A stretch of 64,000 nt of DNA from Syncephalis fuscata S228 (lineage: Eukaryota > Fungi > Zoopagomycota), in contig JAHLTZ010000003.1 of the NCBI GenBank assembly GCA_025786725.1, positions 914,863 through 978,862 of the forward strand, written 5' to 3'. The notes below the pieces were generated by a model that saw nothing but the letters and a program-made list of their open reading frames with translations, was not told the origin of the DNA and did not search any database. The translations under genes were made by a program, and so were the position numbers. Positions 38,683 through 51,704 of this stretch are shown here, in pieces. Numbering within the stretch: position 1 is the first letter of the stretch; the number at the start of each line of letters is the position of its first letter.

Positions 38683-41600
38683 CTAACATTCGTTTCGAGT
38701 ACATTCCCGTAAAAGAAAAGCGGCAATATCTGCATCACTCCAGTAGTTAAAATGAACCTGCAATCCAGTTAAATATTCGTTCTCAAGTACGCCTTCTTGT
38801 AAACACCAGTCTACTCGACCAGAGTAATTTAACTGCTGCAGTAATATTCGAGGATCGGTAGACATCACAGCTGTTCTTTCTTTACGGTCTTCGTTATCGT
38901 TAACATCCGTATTATCGTCATCTGTCGCTTCCTTTGCTTCCTTTGCCTCCTTGCCTAGTGATTTGAAAATACTAACCGCGCGTATACTTGTCCGCATCGT
39001 GGCAAACATTGTACTGGCCCGCCCAGCAATACCCGATCCCACCTCTTGCATACCGAGATGTAGACCGCGTAGACCGCCCTTTGTATACGGTATGGGCTTG
39101 GGCGTTGACCGTGTATGACTTGGATCGACCAATGGTTCAATTCGATAAGAAATAGGATCGGCTCGGTGATAAATATTGTATAGATTTTCAATAAGTGGCT
39201 GTGCAAGCTGTGTATGTGGCAATCCATCAGGACCAAGGCGCGAGCCTAGTCCAGAGCCGTCCGACCCACTCGTATATGCATAGTGCATACTGCCATCAGG
39301 GCCGCGTGGACGTAGTGCACTGCCTTTAAGCAGTAGAAATAGACCAATGGGTGATCCAAGGGCAAATAAATTATTGACTGGAAATTCCAGTAATGGCAAT
39401 GCCACCCGTGAAGATCTGTTTGTAGCAATTGAATCAGCAATCGATGTCTGTTTACTATGGACTGATTTGCTTCGTTGAGCCACATGTCCTCTTAGCTGCA
39501 TCCATGCTTCGGCACGTGATCGTTGCGCGCACAATATATCAAATGAAAGTACCGATCCTAACGAATGACCAAGTATTGATATTTGTCCACCATTAAGTAA
39601 AAAGTTTGGATTGCGTCGTATAAATAGTCGATAAATACGATTTACTTCATCAATAAGTGCTTCATACATTTGTCGCCGATATTTAGGTGTCATATATAAT
39701 AAAACTAGATAACTGTTACTATTGATTATGCAATATTAGTCATGCTATTACTTACCATCAAGAAGTACATCAGATACAAGTGTTCTAATTGCTGGTATGC
39801 CATCCAATGTAATACCCGATAAACTGGGCAGTGATGCATATCCTCTGTTTTGTGCTGCCAATAAACGGCGTTGTGCTCTTCTCTGCCTACGCTTTGCTTT
39901 ATTGTCGGCAGATTTACGGCTTACACTGCCTCCAAATAAATCGCCATCACTACTATCATCAGTATCGTTATAATTATGCTGAGCATCTTGTATTGCTGTA
40001 TTGTTATTTTCTTCTTTCTTTAGCTGACCATCTTGAATAGTATTATTGTCTTCTTCTTCGTTGTCGTCGTCTTCGTCGTCTTCTTCATCATCGATATCAA
40101 CAGCATCCATACCAACGCCGCCAAACATACCATCGCCCATAGAGTATTCACCACCTGCACCAAAATTAATTTTATGTCGCCATTCTACTGGTAATACTTG
40201 TACACCACGACCTAAAATTAGATCTGGATCATTGGGTGTTTTCTTATTAGGACCGGTATAAGATGCTGCAGTGGTAGCTGGATCTTTCATTCCTTGTCGA
40301 AGTATATTGCAGTCATTTACAATACTTACAAGATCCGTTTTTTCACCTAGCTTTTGGCCAATTCTAATAATAGTCAATTAATTAATACAAAACACGCTAA
40401 TTAAAATATTGTATTTACCCATGAACAACCAAAATAAGATGTTCAATCTTTCTATCTCGTTTCTTCGATTTATCTTCATCTGTTTTATCAGATGTAGTGT
40501 CGTTACTAACACCACTATTACCAGTTATGGTTGTCGCAGTATTTAATGATGAAATATCATCAAGCTCGTCTTGTAGGCCAATAGGACGAATTGCGCTACT
40601 ATCGATAGTCGTTGTTCGTGTAATCTTGTCCCTCTTTAGCTTATCGGCCTTTTGTGTTAAACGTTCAACCTCATCCCAGCCTCGTACTAATTTTATGCCA
40701 CCCATATTCTCTCCTTTTGTGAATTTGGCTACAATGGTTTCGGCAAATTTGCCACTTAATAGCCATGCACCACATGTGGCTGTAAATATAACCGACTGTC
40801 CCATATACGGGCCTAGTAAAGGCCATTTGGGTAAAAATGGTCCATTAGTAGTATTAGGGGGTAATCCATTGTTAGTGCCAGCATTTGAGGCACTCATTGG
40901 CGGTGCTGTAGCCGATGATGACATTATTGGTGCATGATTAATATGTGGGCTATCTTGTACAGGTGCCGTGGCAGCTCGACGTATAGTTCCATTGGCACTC
41001 GTGTCAAACTCGAGTAGCCATGGTCGATGTTTTCTATAATCATGTTATTAAGCGATGACACTACCTGTCAAGTTTGCCCACTTACAAATAGCCATCTTCA
41101 ATTTGTCGAGCCAGATTTTCTTCACAGGGTTCATATTTGTTGCCTACGAGTTGGAACCAAAGTGCGCGACGAACCTCATACGCATTGCCGCGCCAATACA
41201 CTGGCCGTAATAGACGAGCACGAATATCAACTTCAAACAGTCGATCTTCCTGTACTTCGATTAGTGGTGATCTATCTTCGCTGCGTGCATCGGCTCGAGC
41301 AGCCGTCGATTGCTGATAGGCCGCTTCAAGTTCACGGGAATCTTCGTCAGTGAATGGTTCCCAGTTCGTGGGACGTGGCTGTTTGTCCGCCACCGGAGAT
41401 GGTGCCGCTGCCGAAGCTGCTGCTGCTGCTGCTGCTTGTGCACTGGTTTCTGTTGCACTGGCTGCTACAGCTGCTGCTGCCGCTGCCGCTGCTGTCGCCG
41501 TAGTTGTTGAAGGCGATGCTACACTGGATAGTGTTATTGTCGCTGGCTGTGATTGCGATGAAGACGGTGGTGATGAAGCATTAGATTTGGAGGCAGTGGC

Positions 41601-41729
41601 AGTTGCATTGGTAGCTTTGCTTTGCGATACTTGTTTTGCTTGTCCGGAATGCGGTCGAGGTGCATCTGTAGCAAAAAACCACCGAGGCTGTACAACTGGT
41701 GGCGTGCCCGATGTTGTCTCGAACGTCAT
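38683..41729 (-). CDS. DDHD-domain phospholipase A1 (Ddl1-like), multi-exon
   Basis: WEPF..DSRELEAAY, EDRLFEVDI..LRPVYWRG..EVRRALWF, HLILVVHG|IGQ, LPVEWRH, lipase motif GHSLGS, GSPIGLFL, YNIYHRADPISYRIEPL, GRVDW, HFNYW. Confidence 0.95.
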
Positions 41730-41919
41730 CAGGTTTAGCGACAAGAAACAGCAGGCTGTGCAGTATAGAAACAAAAATAGATAAAAAAGAATAGTATTGA
41801 ATAAAGAAAAGGTCACACAACAGTTGCTTTATATCAAGATCTTAGTGATAATAATCAACTAGTTAACTTATTCATATTGACATTATTACACTAATGATAA
41901 ATAGTTTATTAGTAGACTC

Positions 41920-42740
41920 ATGTGATTTAATGTCAAAAGCCTAAAATTGATATCCTTTACTTGATTAAACTACACATTTGTTGTTCTATTGAACATGGGA
42001 ACAAGTGGCGAGTTTGATTTAATCGTCGCATTATTACATTTATTGTTATTTGGTGGTTAAATGGCTAATATTTAATAACATCCAACCTATTGAACATGAT
42101 GCTGGGTGGTGAGTGACATCAGTCATCAAATACTCATCAGCATAGATTCGTTATCCAGTATGCATATATCCACCATTTACTTGCGTTATTCCCATTCTGT
42201 TTCACGCTACTATGTATTGTTCTATACCATATTGGGTATATTATATTGTTTATATGTTCTAATAAACCTCATTAAGTCTACTCATTGCGTTATATGCATT
42301 ATAAATTTTACATCACTTTTTATGCTTTCTTACAGTACATTTATCATTTTATATATCATTCTATACTTGAATAGCCTTTCTCTATCCAAAACTATTTCTA
42401 TTTTGTTCTAGTTTTATTATTAGTAAATGACTAATTCATTCATTGATCATGCATATATACTCAATAACTTAACATTGCTAATCTCGTTTAATATTGCATA
42501 CTCATTATAATGTATACTATTCTATTACATATTGGCTATGTGATATCTAGTGCTGTTGTCTGTTTGGTTCCGGCTTTATTACTATAAAGCTTGGTCATTG
42601 TACTTAACATTGAGCTATATCGGTAAAACAAATATTAGAGGTATGTGTAAACTTTTGCTTTATTAAAAGTATTTAGCACTTTGATTATTGATGGCTAATT
42701 AGGGACGAATTAGTTGATGGCAGTTAGCTATAACTTTGAT
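41920..42740 (+). mobile_element. Repeat family A copy 4 (left arm + interior, right arm not seen)
   Basis: Left arm is the reverse complement of ~34150-34395; ~42430-42738 is near-identical to ~58895-59205. Confidence 0.8.
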
Positions 42741-44276
42741 TGTTTAAAATAAATAATGGATAAAAACATGTGTTTTGTTAAAATATTTAAAGCAAGTAAA
42801 GAATAGGCTATATATTATAATACTGTGTATCGGGCCAATGTTTGTTGATAAAAGTTATTCTACTAAAGTTACATTAGCAAGTAATATATATGAGATACAT
42901 CGTAATAGCAAATATACAATTATAAGCAGACACATACAGAGCAATAGGCATACATGCTGTATCAATAACAAGCAGTAAGTATAATGATCAGCTATTTATT
43001 ATAAATACTTTTTATAAGTTTTTAATCGTAAATATGGTTGTATACAATATGACAGTGAATAAACAACTGAATTTTATTGAATATTGCTTATTTCCATGTT
43101 ACTCAGCAAATAATATTTAATATACATAGCTATAGCAGAAAAGTGACTGGAAAGTGGTACGACTAGTAATAGTATTGCTGAAATAGCTATAATCTGCTCA
43201 ATTATTATTTTTATTAAATTGGGGCCGTAAAAACATGACCTGGGTGTGTAACACATAACGCAGACTTCAGATTGTAAACCTGTTATTTTAATCAAGTCAT
43301 TACTGTATGAATCATCTACACAACAGGAGAGTACTGATTGACATGCCATGAACTGCTGCTGTACACTCAGCGTTGATTGTATCTGATTGAGGCAGCCTGA
43401 TAGACATAGCCCAATGTCTTTATGTAGAGCTACATGCCATTTGGTCAGTTTACGTTGCTTTGGTGCTGAGAAATAAACGGTACTGGTGATAGAAGGTAAT
43501 GATTTATTATCAAACATGTATATGATTAACAGGCAGTAAGAAATAAAAACAAACCCTGATCAATAGTAGAACTTACATTAGCATTTGATAATGTTTTGCT
43601 AAAAATAAACCATTCATTTCTGTGGGCAAGCCACAATGCTAAACGCATATGCAAACCAATCAATATACTTTCATAGCTCAGAGAATATAATCAGTTTATG
43701 CACAACAGTAAATGTCTGTAAAGAACCAAAGGCCTAATGCAATAGCGTTGCTACTGTATTGATGCTTTACGTTTGTTTTAAATACATAAAAATACTGAAG
43801 ATTGAAGCTGTCGTTGAAAGCAACAGCAAAGACACAACGATACATCATCCCTGTTTTTTTAGAACCAATAGATTTAATTAGCGTCACATGGTCGAATTGC
43901 ATAATAGCACAGTACTAGTTTTTACGCAAACCTCTATCATACATTTATTAGATGATGATATTGCTACATCATTCGTGCCAACGCTGAGCAGGTTAGAATA
44001 AAGACCTGACTACAAATTATCATACCATCAGTGTGCTGGTATGCACGTGCTTCAACCACCGTATGGACGTGTTCTTATTGATTTATATTGCATTTTAATG
44101 GTATAGTCCATGCAACGCAGTATACTGGTATATTAGCATAACCATGGACTTAAATAGGCCACAGTGTACGCAAAACTAACAAGTGTTGTCATCATCACAC
44201 GCCATTTTCTACCGAATACTCACTGCTACCAAACTTTGTTCATTCTATTTGTTTGCCTTAACAATTTAATATCAAC

Positions 44277-45601
44277 ATGAAGCTTTTATTGCCGTCGTTT
44301 GCACCATTATCATGGCTCTTGTGGCCACTACAGCCATGGTAGATGCTAATCCAACTCTAGCCCGTCGTGGTATGTTGCAATCACAATAAATATTCAAGTG
44401 TTATGTTTAACTAACAATGGTACTAGGTGGTAAGTTGTGATGATGGATCATTGTTTTGGTACTCACTATATGTTGTTATACACATAATAAATGCTATAAC
44501 ACACGTAAATAGCCCGTAAGTTTTGAGCATACATGATTATTGATGTTTTGGCTAACCATTGCTCATTAATTAAAATGAATAAATATAGAATTATTAGCTA
44601 AGAGTACGTTTAACATAAAACAATAAATAAAAGCCACATTCAGAATGCTAATATACCAAATCTATATTAATAGGAGGTATATTGCAATAACATTAACTAG
44701 TTTTTAGTTAACTAAACAATGTTTATGCTGCTAAATTGGCTTTGCTAGCTAGTAAGTGGCATTTTATATCAGCCAACTATATACTAATCATATGCCTCGC
44801 ATCGTTGTGTCTAATGACCTATATAATAGCTTGTAAGTAATTTTTTAATCAACCAACTATATATTAATCATATGACACGCACCGTGTGCCTAATAACTCA
44901 TATTAATAGGTCGTAAGTAATATTGTATATCAACTAACTATATACTAAGCATATATTATATATGTTGTGTGTTTGATAACTTGTGTTGATAGGACGTAAG
45001 TGACATTGGATAGTAGTTAACTAGATACTAATCATATACCGCGCATTGTGTGTGTCTAATGACCTATATAATAGCTCGTAAGTGGCATTGCATATTAGCT
45101 AACCACATACTAATCATATACCGCACATCGTGTGTGCCTAATAATCTATATAATAGTTTGTAAGTGATTTTTATTAATTTAACTAACTATATGTTAATCA
45201 TATGACACACATCGCGTGTCTAATAACTCATATGAATAGGTCGTAAGTGGCATTGAATATTAAATATTTGTATATTGAGTGTATACCATATACATTGTGT
45301 GTTTAATAACTTGTATTAATAGGTCATAAGTGGTATTGTATATTAGCTAGGTATATACTAACCATATACTATGCATTGTGTGCATCTAATGACCTATATA
45401 ATAGGCTGTAAGTAAAATTTTAATTAACCAAATATATATTAATTGTATGACACGCAACGTGTGTGTCTAATAACTCGTGTTAATAGGTTGTAAGTGGCGT
45501 TATATATTAACCAATTATATATTAATCATGTGATATGTGTTATAGCTGCTTATAAACATAGAATAACCGATACTTTCAAGGCATTAGCATTGGTAATCTA
45601 A
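44277..45601 (+). CDS. Putative secreted prepro-peptide gene built from 3-nt micro-exons
   Basis: Exon 1 (44277-44369) reads MKL[F]IAVVCTIIMALVATTAMVDANPTLARR if one T is restored in the T4 run. It is followed by 14 internal exons, each preceded by TAG and (13 of 14) followed by GTA, with 57-83 nt introns mostly carrying CTAAY branch sites. The last exon is uncertain (stop at ~45563 or 45601). No transcript evidence available. Confidence 0.72.
44745..45530 (+). repeat. Tandem array of ~10 units of ~80-83 bp (each = 3-nt exon + intron)
   Basis: Unit consensus GTAAGTRRYATT..AACTATATAYTAATCATAT..GTGTCTAATRACYTATATAATAG|NNN. Confidence 0.92.
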
Positions 45602-46469
45602 TCAAATTGCTAGTTCAATAAACTTTAGGTATATATTCGGCAAAAAGCAAGGCCATTCGATAACTGCCGTCCAGTCTATTTATACATCAAGTTTTAGCCA
45701 ATGCTTCGGCTTATTCACTATTTAATCAATGGTATCAGCATATTATCAACAAGCTTGCAATTGGCCGTTCCTACTCAACTATGCAAAATTGTAGTAATAA
45801 AACATGGTTCCATTTAATTTAATTTAATTACTCATTATAGCTATGCTCGTGCTTTATTTGTATTCAGCAATCAGCAAACATTAACCAAATATTTACTGTT
45901 ATTATGTATTGATAAATAACATAGATATACACGTGTTAATAATTAACCTGACTAATGACGCAATCAAGTAATCAATGCCGAAGCATGTGTTGATGATGGC
46001 CATCGATTTTGTCAATCTCTTCTATACTGTCTTGTGATGAACGCAAAAAAAGAACGACGTGCATTAAAAAACAGCATAGGCAAGATAAGAAAGCACGAAA
46101 ACAATGCAAAGACCCAGAAGTCAGCGTAAATGTAAAAAGATGGTAAACTACTAGTGATACTGTGTCAGCCTTATAATAGCCAAACTAGGCCAAACTGTAT
46201 AGGCTTGTCAGATGCTTACTTATAACGTGTTTAGATTGATTGCCATGAATTATAGTAATGGTATCAGTGACTTTATTTAAGCTTGTAGGTCAGTACCTTA
46301 CCTTCTTGATGTAATATGGTTAATGCTTCTCACCATTATGTAGAATTTGGCCGCTATATATTTAGATTGACTGATCTAGAAGTAAAGTCTGTAATTTATT
46401 TAGTTAACTGTCCTATTTATGTCATAGCTATTACATTAAAATTAAACAATTTATTAACCATTTAGTACG

Positions 46470-46600
46470 ATTCAATGATCAAATGAATCCATTCAATAAT
46501 ATTCGCGTGATTGAACTAGACATCTGTTCTATTGACCATGACGCTGTGTGGTGAGTGACATCAGCCATCAAAATGCTTATTATTATAGATTTAGCATCAT
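46470..46600 (+). mobile_element. Repeat family A solo arm fragment
   Basis: TTCTATTGACCATGACGCTGTGTGGTGAGTGACATCAGCCATCAAAATGCT matches the family A left arm. Confidence 0.65.
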
Positions 46601-48962
46601 TATTATTACATGGCATACCACGTTTTTCTATCAATTCTCTTTGATTTTTGGCCTTGAGATCCCTGAACCGATGTAGTCGAAAGTAGCCGTGTCACAGTCA
46701 CATCACGGCCATGCTACCTGTTCGTTATACATTCATCCGCTGAAATGCATGCCACCTATCGACGCACTCTCCTTTTGTATTCCGCAGTCAGCCATGTATG
46801 TCTTAGCCAATAAACTGGCGAATACGGCTTCCCTCAATGAATAACAATAAAAGATTCAGACTAATGTGCTGCAAACATTCGCATTAAACTTTTATTATTC
46901 ATATAAGCATGCTAGCAGAACTGGTTCACTTATTTACGAATAAAATAATGCGGATAACCTTGGCTTTCAAGTTTACACTACCTACTCTAGATGTATCTAA
47001 CTTGAATGATGGTCTAACCGGAATTTCGATTTATACACATGCATTGGGGAGGGGCACGCGCACTTACTTGTCCACCTGTCTGCCATGCCATCGCCTATTC
47101 GACGAGTGACAGACGAGTGAAAAACCACTAATTTGTCAACTGTCCAGCCATGTGCACAGCACTTGACACATGGTCAGTTTAAGCCTTGTGGCCGTTGTAG
47201 TGTGATGGCCAGCAATAGCAATGGCAACAACATCATAATGACTATTGCCATCCTTATTATCCCTGTTTCATTTATGTTGTTGCTGCTCTATTACACGCAC
47301 GCACACATCTCTATCTACTTGTTACTTGTTCACACTCCCTTTTACTCCACGCTTCATTCTTTGATATTGCCACTACTATTACTCTTGTTCCCGTATATTT
47401 CACCATTTTACTGCTCATACGTTCTGCATCCCCTTAATTCGTCTCCTTTTTTTGGGTGTGTCTTTTGATAACTATTGTTGTCGACGACCTTTGGCGCGCT
47501 TGTGCGTTTCTCCTTTCTATTGACTACGATATAACACCTAAGCCATTGCTACTACCTTTATATAATCATCGTCCTTTGTTTTTAGATAACAACAACAACA
47601 GTAATAATAATAATAATAGCCGTAAATATTCAAGTAAGTATCAATTGACTAGTGAGGTGCAGTGACGATTGCTGTTATCCTATCCACATGCTGGCCTGAA
47701 ACAATAGGGCAGTATTCTTGTATTCATTAAGCAAATTGTTGAATAACACTGGTGATGATGATGATGATGATGATGATGATGCGGTAGCACTGATAGAATA
47801 TTGTTTTGACAGTCATAAACTCAAAGTAATATACATTCGAAACTATTGTCTCTATAATCATTACTATCTATTCGCGCTTTTTTCTTTATTTTCGTGCTTA
47901 AATGGCGGCTATAATGGTTAGTCTATGGATTGCGTATGTCCTTGCCTATCGAATGCACGGGCACACTTGTTATTCTACACGGATATCAGGCCGCCTTGAA
48001 ACGAATTAATGGGCCGTATTATGGCCATAATTGACTGACCACCACTCAGTTCTATTGTATGCCTGCATGGCATGCTGCATGGGTGTATGGTTTCATCACA
48101 TGGCTGCTCTATCGCATGTTTTCACTTTGCTGTTTGATCTACATATCGCGTATATTATTTTGAGGTCAATGACTTTTCTCTTTTCCCGCACCTTTTGTTC
48201 AATTGCTACACACACACACACACGTCTATTATTGTCGTTTATTTGTTCTTTCCATTTACGTAGCAGTGTTAACACTATTAGCCAGTCTACTGAACTGTGC
48301 TCTTTTCTACTTGTTTAGATTGTTTTATACTACAAGTAGTTACTATCTTTTTACTATAAGCCTTCTCATCAGCTCCTCCTTCTTTCTATACAGTGTGTGT
48401 ATTGTGTGTATTGTTTGTTGGCGTGCGTAGTTGTAAGTTATATTACAAAAGTATTAATATGGTAATTTATTTTATTATCATTTTAGGCTGTACTTGATAT
48501 TTTTGAGTTCAAACAACTTAGTAAACATATTCTATTCCAGGTTACGTCTACTAGATCTGCAGCAATTGCACGGTTTCAACTACTCAAGATCTTAACGTAC
48601 GTATTTGTGCAAAGTGGGTTGAGTGGAGATATTTCCATACTTGTCACCTAGTTCTAGTTGAAAGGACATCGGATCAGTAGTGCTACTTGCCGAGCATATT
48701 TGTTGGCTCAGTTTGACGTTTGAAGCTCCGATACGCTGCTTACTCGGTGAGCCTGTTTCGGTCTACTGCTTGCTTATTGATACAAGGCCGAGAAAAGCGC
48801 GCTTCACTATAAATAATTCGTGTTCTTTTTGTCGCACTATTTTATTCCTTGCTTTTGTGCGCTTTAGCTTAAGACCTTGTACATCTTTATTAACCAACCA
48901 TTATATATTTAGTTTACCAGATTTCGTTTATTGTACGCTATTGAAACAGCTATTGTAATACA

Positions 48963-51704
48963 ATGGGCAAACTATCGCTATTTCGTAAAAAATCTACCTC
49001 CTCATTACGCGATGAAAGCGTAGATTCGGAGGAAAGAGTCAGTACTGCCCCTCCAGCGCTGCCTTTATTGAATATTGGCTCTTCTCGTCCAGCGGACAGT
49101 AAATGGTCGCCAAACAATGGCAACGATACTTTTCAATCGTCACTAGCCAGTCCGCCCAAGTCTCCGCTAGATACCAGTATACAGCAAAGCAGCTTGTTGG
49201 ATGAAATCTTTAGTGATCTGTCTCTTTCTAGCGGTCTTACGTCTACTACGCGTGAAGAGTCGTCGGTCAATCAAGGCCGTCCAACGTCTTATGAGCCACT
49301 TGGTACTTCTTCGGCAGTAGCTGGTCACGAATCGGGTAAGTAATTACTTAATAATATATATATATATATATGAATAAATGCCTAATTAATGTTATTTAAT
49401 ATAGGAGCCGGCCAGTCTACACTAATGTCATTTGGCGACGATATTAGTGCTATTATGGATAGTGCTAGCCATTTGAATTATAATGAAAGTAGTTTTAGCA
49501 CTGCTACACCTTCTGCAACCGTGTCCAAGTCAACACGTCAAGGCAAGCAATCGTCTAAATCGCACAAGCATTCATCCCGTGCTAAGAAGCAGGATAATGA
49601 GGACAGTGAATTTATTGACATTTATCGCAAGGCTGCAGCCAATGCACCACGTACACGCGACCTAGCCACTAGTCCGAAGAAAGATGGATCAGCCATTCGC
49701 TCATCGGTTACTACAGTATATGCAGCTGGTGCTAAACAGCCAAAAAGCCGCAAAGCCGATAAACGGGCAAGCTGGCGAAAACAATCTGAAAATGCCGCTC
49801 GTGCACGTGCAGCCACGTTTGCTGCTGGCCGATTTGCCGACGAATCGAAGGCCTATGGTGAAGAAGATAGCGAAGAAGAAGAAGACGAAGAAACTACGTC
49901 ATCTGACTACACTTCTAGCTCATCCGAATCCGAAGAAAGCGATGCCGAACAAAGCGATGCCGGATCGGATGCATCTGTATCGTCTGGCGGTGCTGGACTT
50001 AATCGTATTGGCCAGATTGCCGTTGCTAGAGGTTTGGCACGTCAAGCAGAACGCGACAAAGCAAGTCGAATCCAGCATTGGGCCGGTACAGTTGAAAAGA
50101 TTGATAATGGCAATTTGGCCATTGAACGCATGAAGGATCGTCACCGTCTTGAAATGGAGGCTGTAGGTGCCGTTCCTAGTGTGCCTACAAATGCGCCACT
50201 TGTACAAGCAGGTGCACCAGCTGGACCAACTGGGCTTGTAAACCCACAGGCTGGTAATACAGCTACACGTGCGCCTATGACACGACATGCAACGACCGGT
50301 GTTATGTCAGTGGATTTAATGCGTACAGGTACACCTGTTGGACAACAACAAGGAACTGATGCAGCTGTAAATGCTATTCACGATCGTTTAGCTGATGCGC
50401 GTGGATTTAATCGTAAACACTCGCTACCGCTAATGAATAGTAATGCAGGTGATAATTCTACTCTATTAAATAGCGCCAACAATGGCAATCGACCCAGCCA
50501 ACTCTCTTTGGTGTCCAATAATGCTACAGCCTTTCCGGGTCAACAACAGCAGCCATCTGGATCACAAACTATACCTGTAATAACCGGCCCTCAACCATTG
50601 TCACCTGTTCATATGCAAATTGACGCTAATCATCGTGTATTGGCCTCTAGCACCTCTACAGTATCTACCGGTGCTACGCCATCCTCTGCTGCCTCATCGG
50701 TATCGTCTAGTACAGCTCCAGATACTATTGTGGTTGATAAGACTCGTAGAACATCAGCTAAAGGCCGTTTGCAGCAAATTCCATCTTCAGATGAAGAGGA
50801 TGACGAAGAAGATGACGACGACGACGACGATGCATCTGACGATGAAGCACCAATTGCTGGCAATCGTCAAACAGTCGTTAAAAAGGCATCTGATCTACAG
50901 CGGCCTAATGCTACTGCTCCTGTAGCATCCGGTATATATAACGCACGTCTACCATCCGCTCCACGTTCACCACCTTATCAGCAAGTGCCAGCAATGGAGC
51001 ATCACTATCAGCCAGGTATGCCTAATGTAGCTTCAATGCCACAAGGTCAGCCAATGCAAGAGGCCGTCTATGCACCACAGCAGCCACCATTGACACTGAT
51101 CCAACAGCAACAACAAATGGCAGCAGCAGCTCAACAAGCCAAATTGCAGCAACAACAGCAAATGGCAGCAGCAGCTCAAATGTGGTCAGGTAACCGTAAC
51201 AATGGTGCCATTGCTAATCCACCATTATCGCCAATGCAAGCATATCCATCTCCTTCACCGCCTACAGCCCCTCAACGTGTTGAAGGTGTACGTACTCAGC
51301 CAGCAGGATTTGTTCGTCCCGGCCAGCCAACGTTATTGCAACAACAGCAAATGTTGCAACAGCAACAGCAACATCAGATGCAAGAGCAATTCAATGCTCG
51401 TTTGTCCATGCGAGTACCTCCACAGCCACAATCTCCACCTTATTCAGGCCGTAATCCAGCTCAACGTACTCAGCATTGTTACAGCAACAGCAACAGCAAC
51501 ACAACAACAACAACAAATACAACAACAACAAATACAACAACAACAACAGATGTCGCAACAACAGCAACAAATGCAACTACAACCGCAATCAATGCCATTA
51601 TCGTCATCGGGCCCCTTCCCATCTCAACCTCAAGGTCTATGGGAGGAAGCCGTATACAGCCATTGATTTCTGGATTCTCTCAATCGCCGCTTAGTGGTCA
51701 ATAA
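48963..51704 (+). CDS. Uncharacterised Ser/Gln/Pro-rich, acidic-tract protein
   Basis: Long ORFs joined by an intron (~49337-49404, GTAAGT..TAG); MGKLSLFRKK start; poly-Q C-terminus with frameshifts near 51480-51640. No domain recognised. Confidence 0.8.

Noticed and set aside
43074-43902. 147-aa and 68-aa minus-strand ORFs upstream of the micro-exon gene
   Set aside because: No recognisable domain or convincing splice structure.
44745-45530. CRISPR-like interpretation of the ~80-bp array
   Set aside because: Eukaryotic context, no cas genes and no unique spacers. The conserved parts are splice signals and whole units are homologous.
47588-47781. (AAC)/(AAT)n and (GAT)n tracts, similar to (AATAGCAAC)x4 at ~37388-37425
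   Set aside because: Ordinary microsatellites outside any supported CDS.
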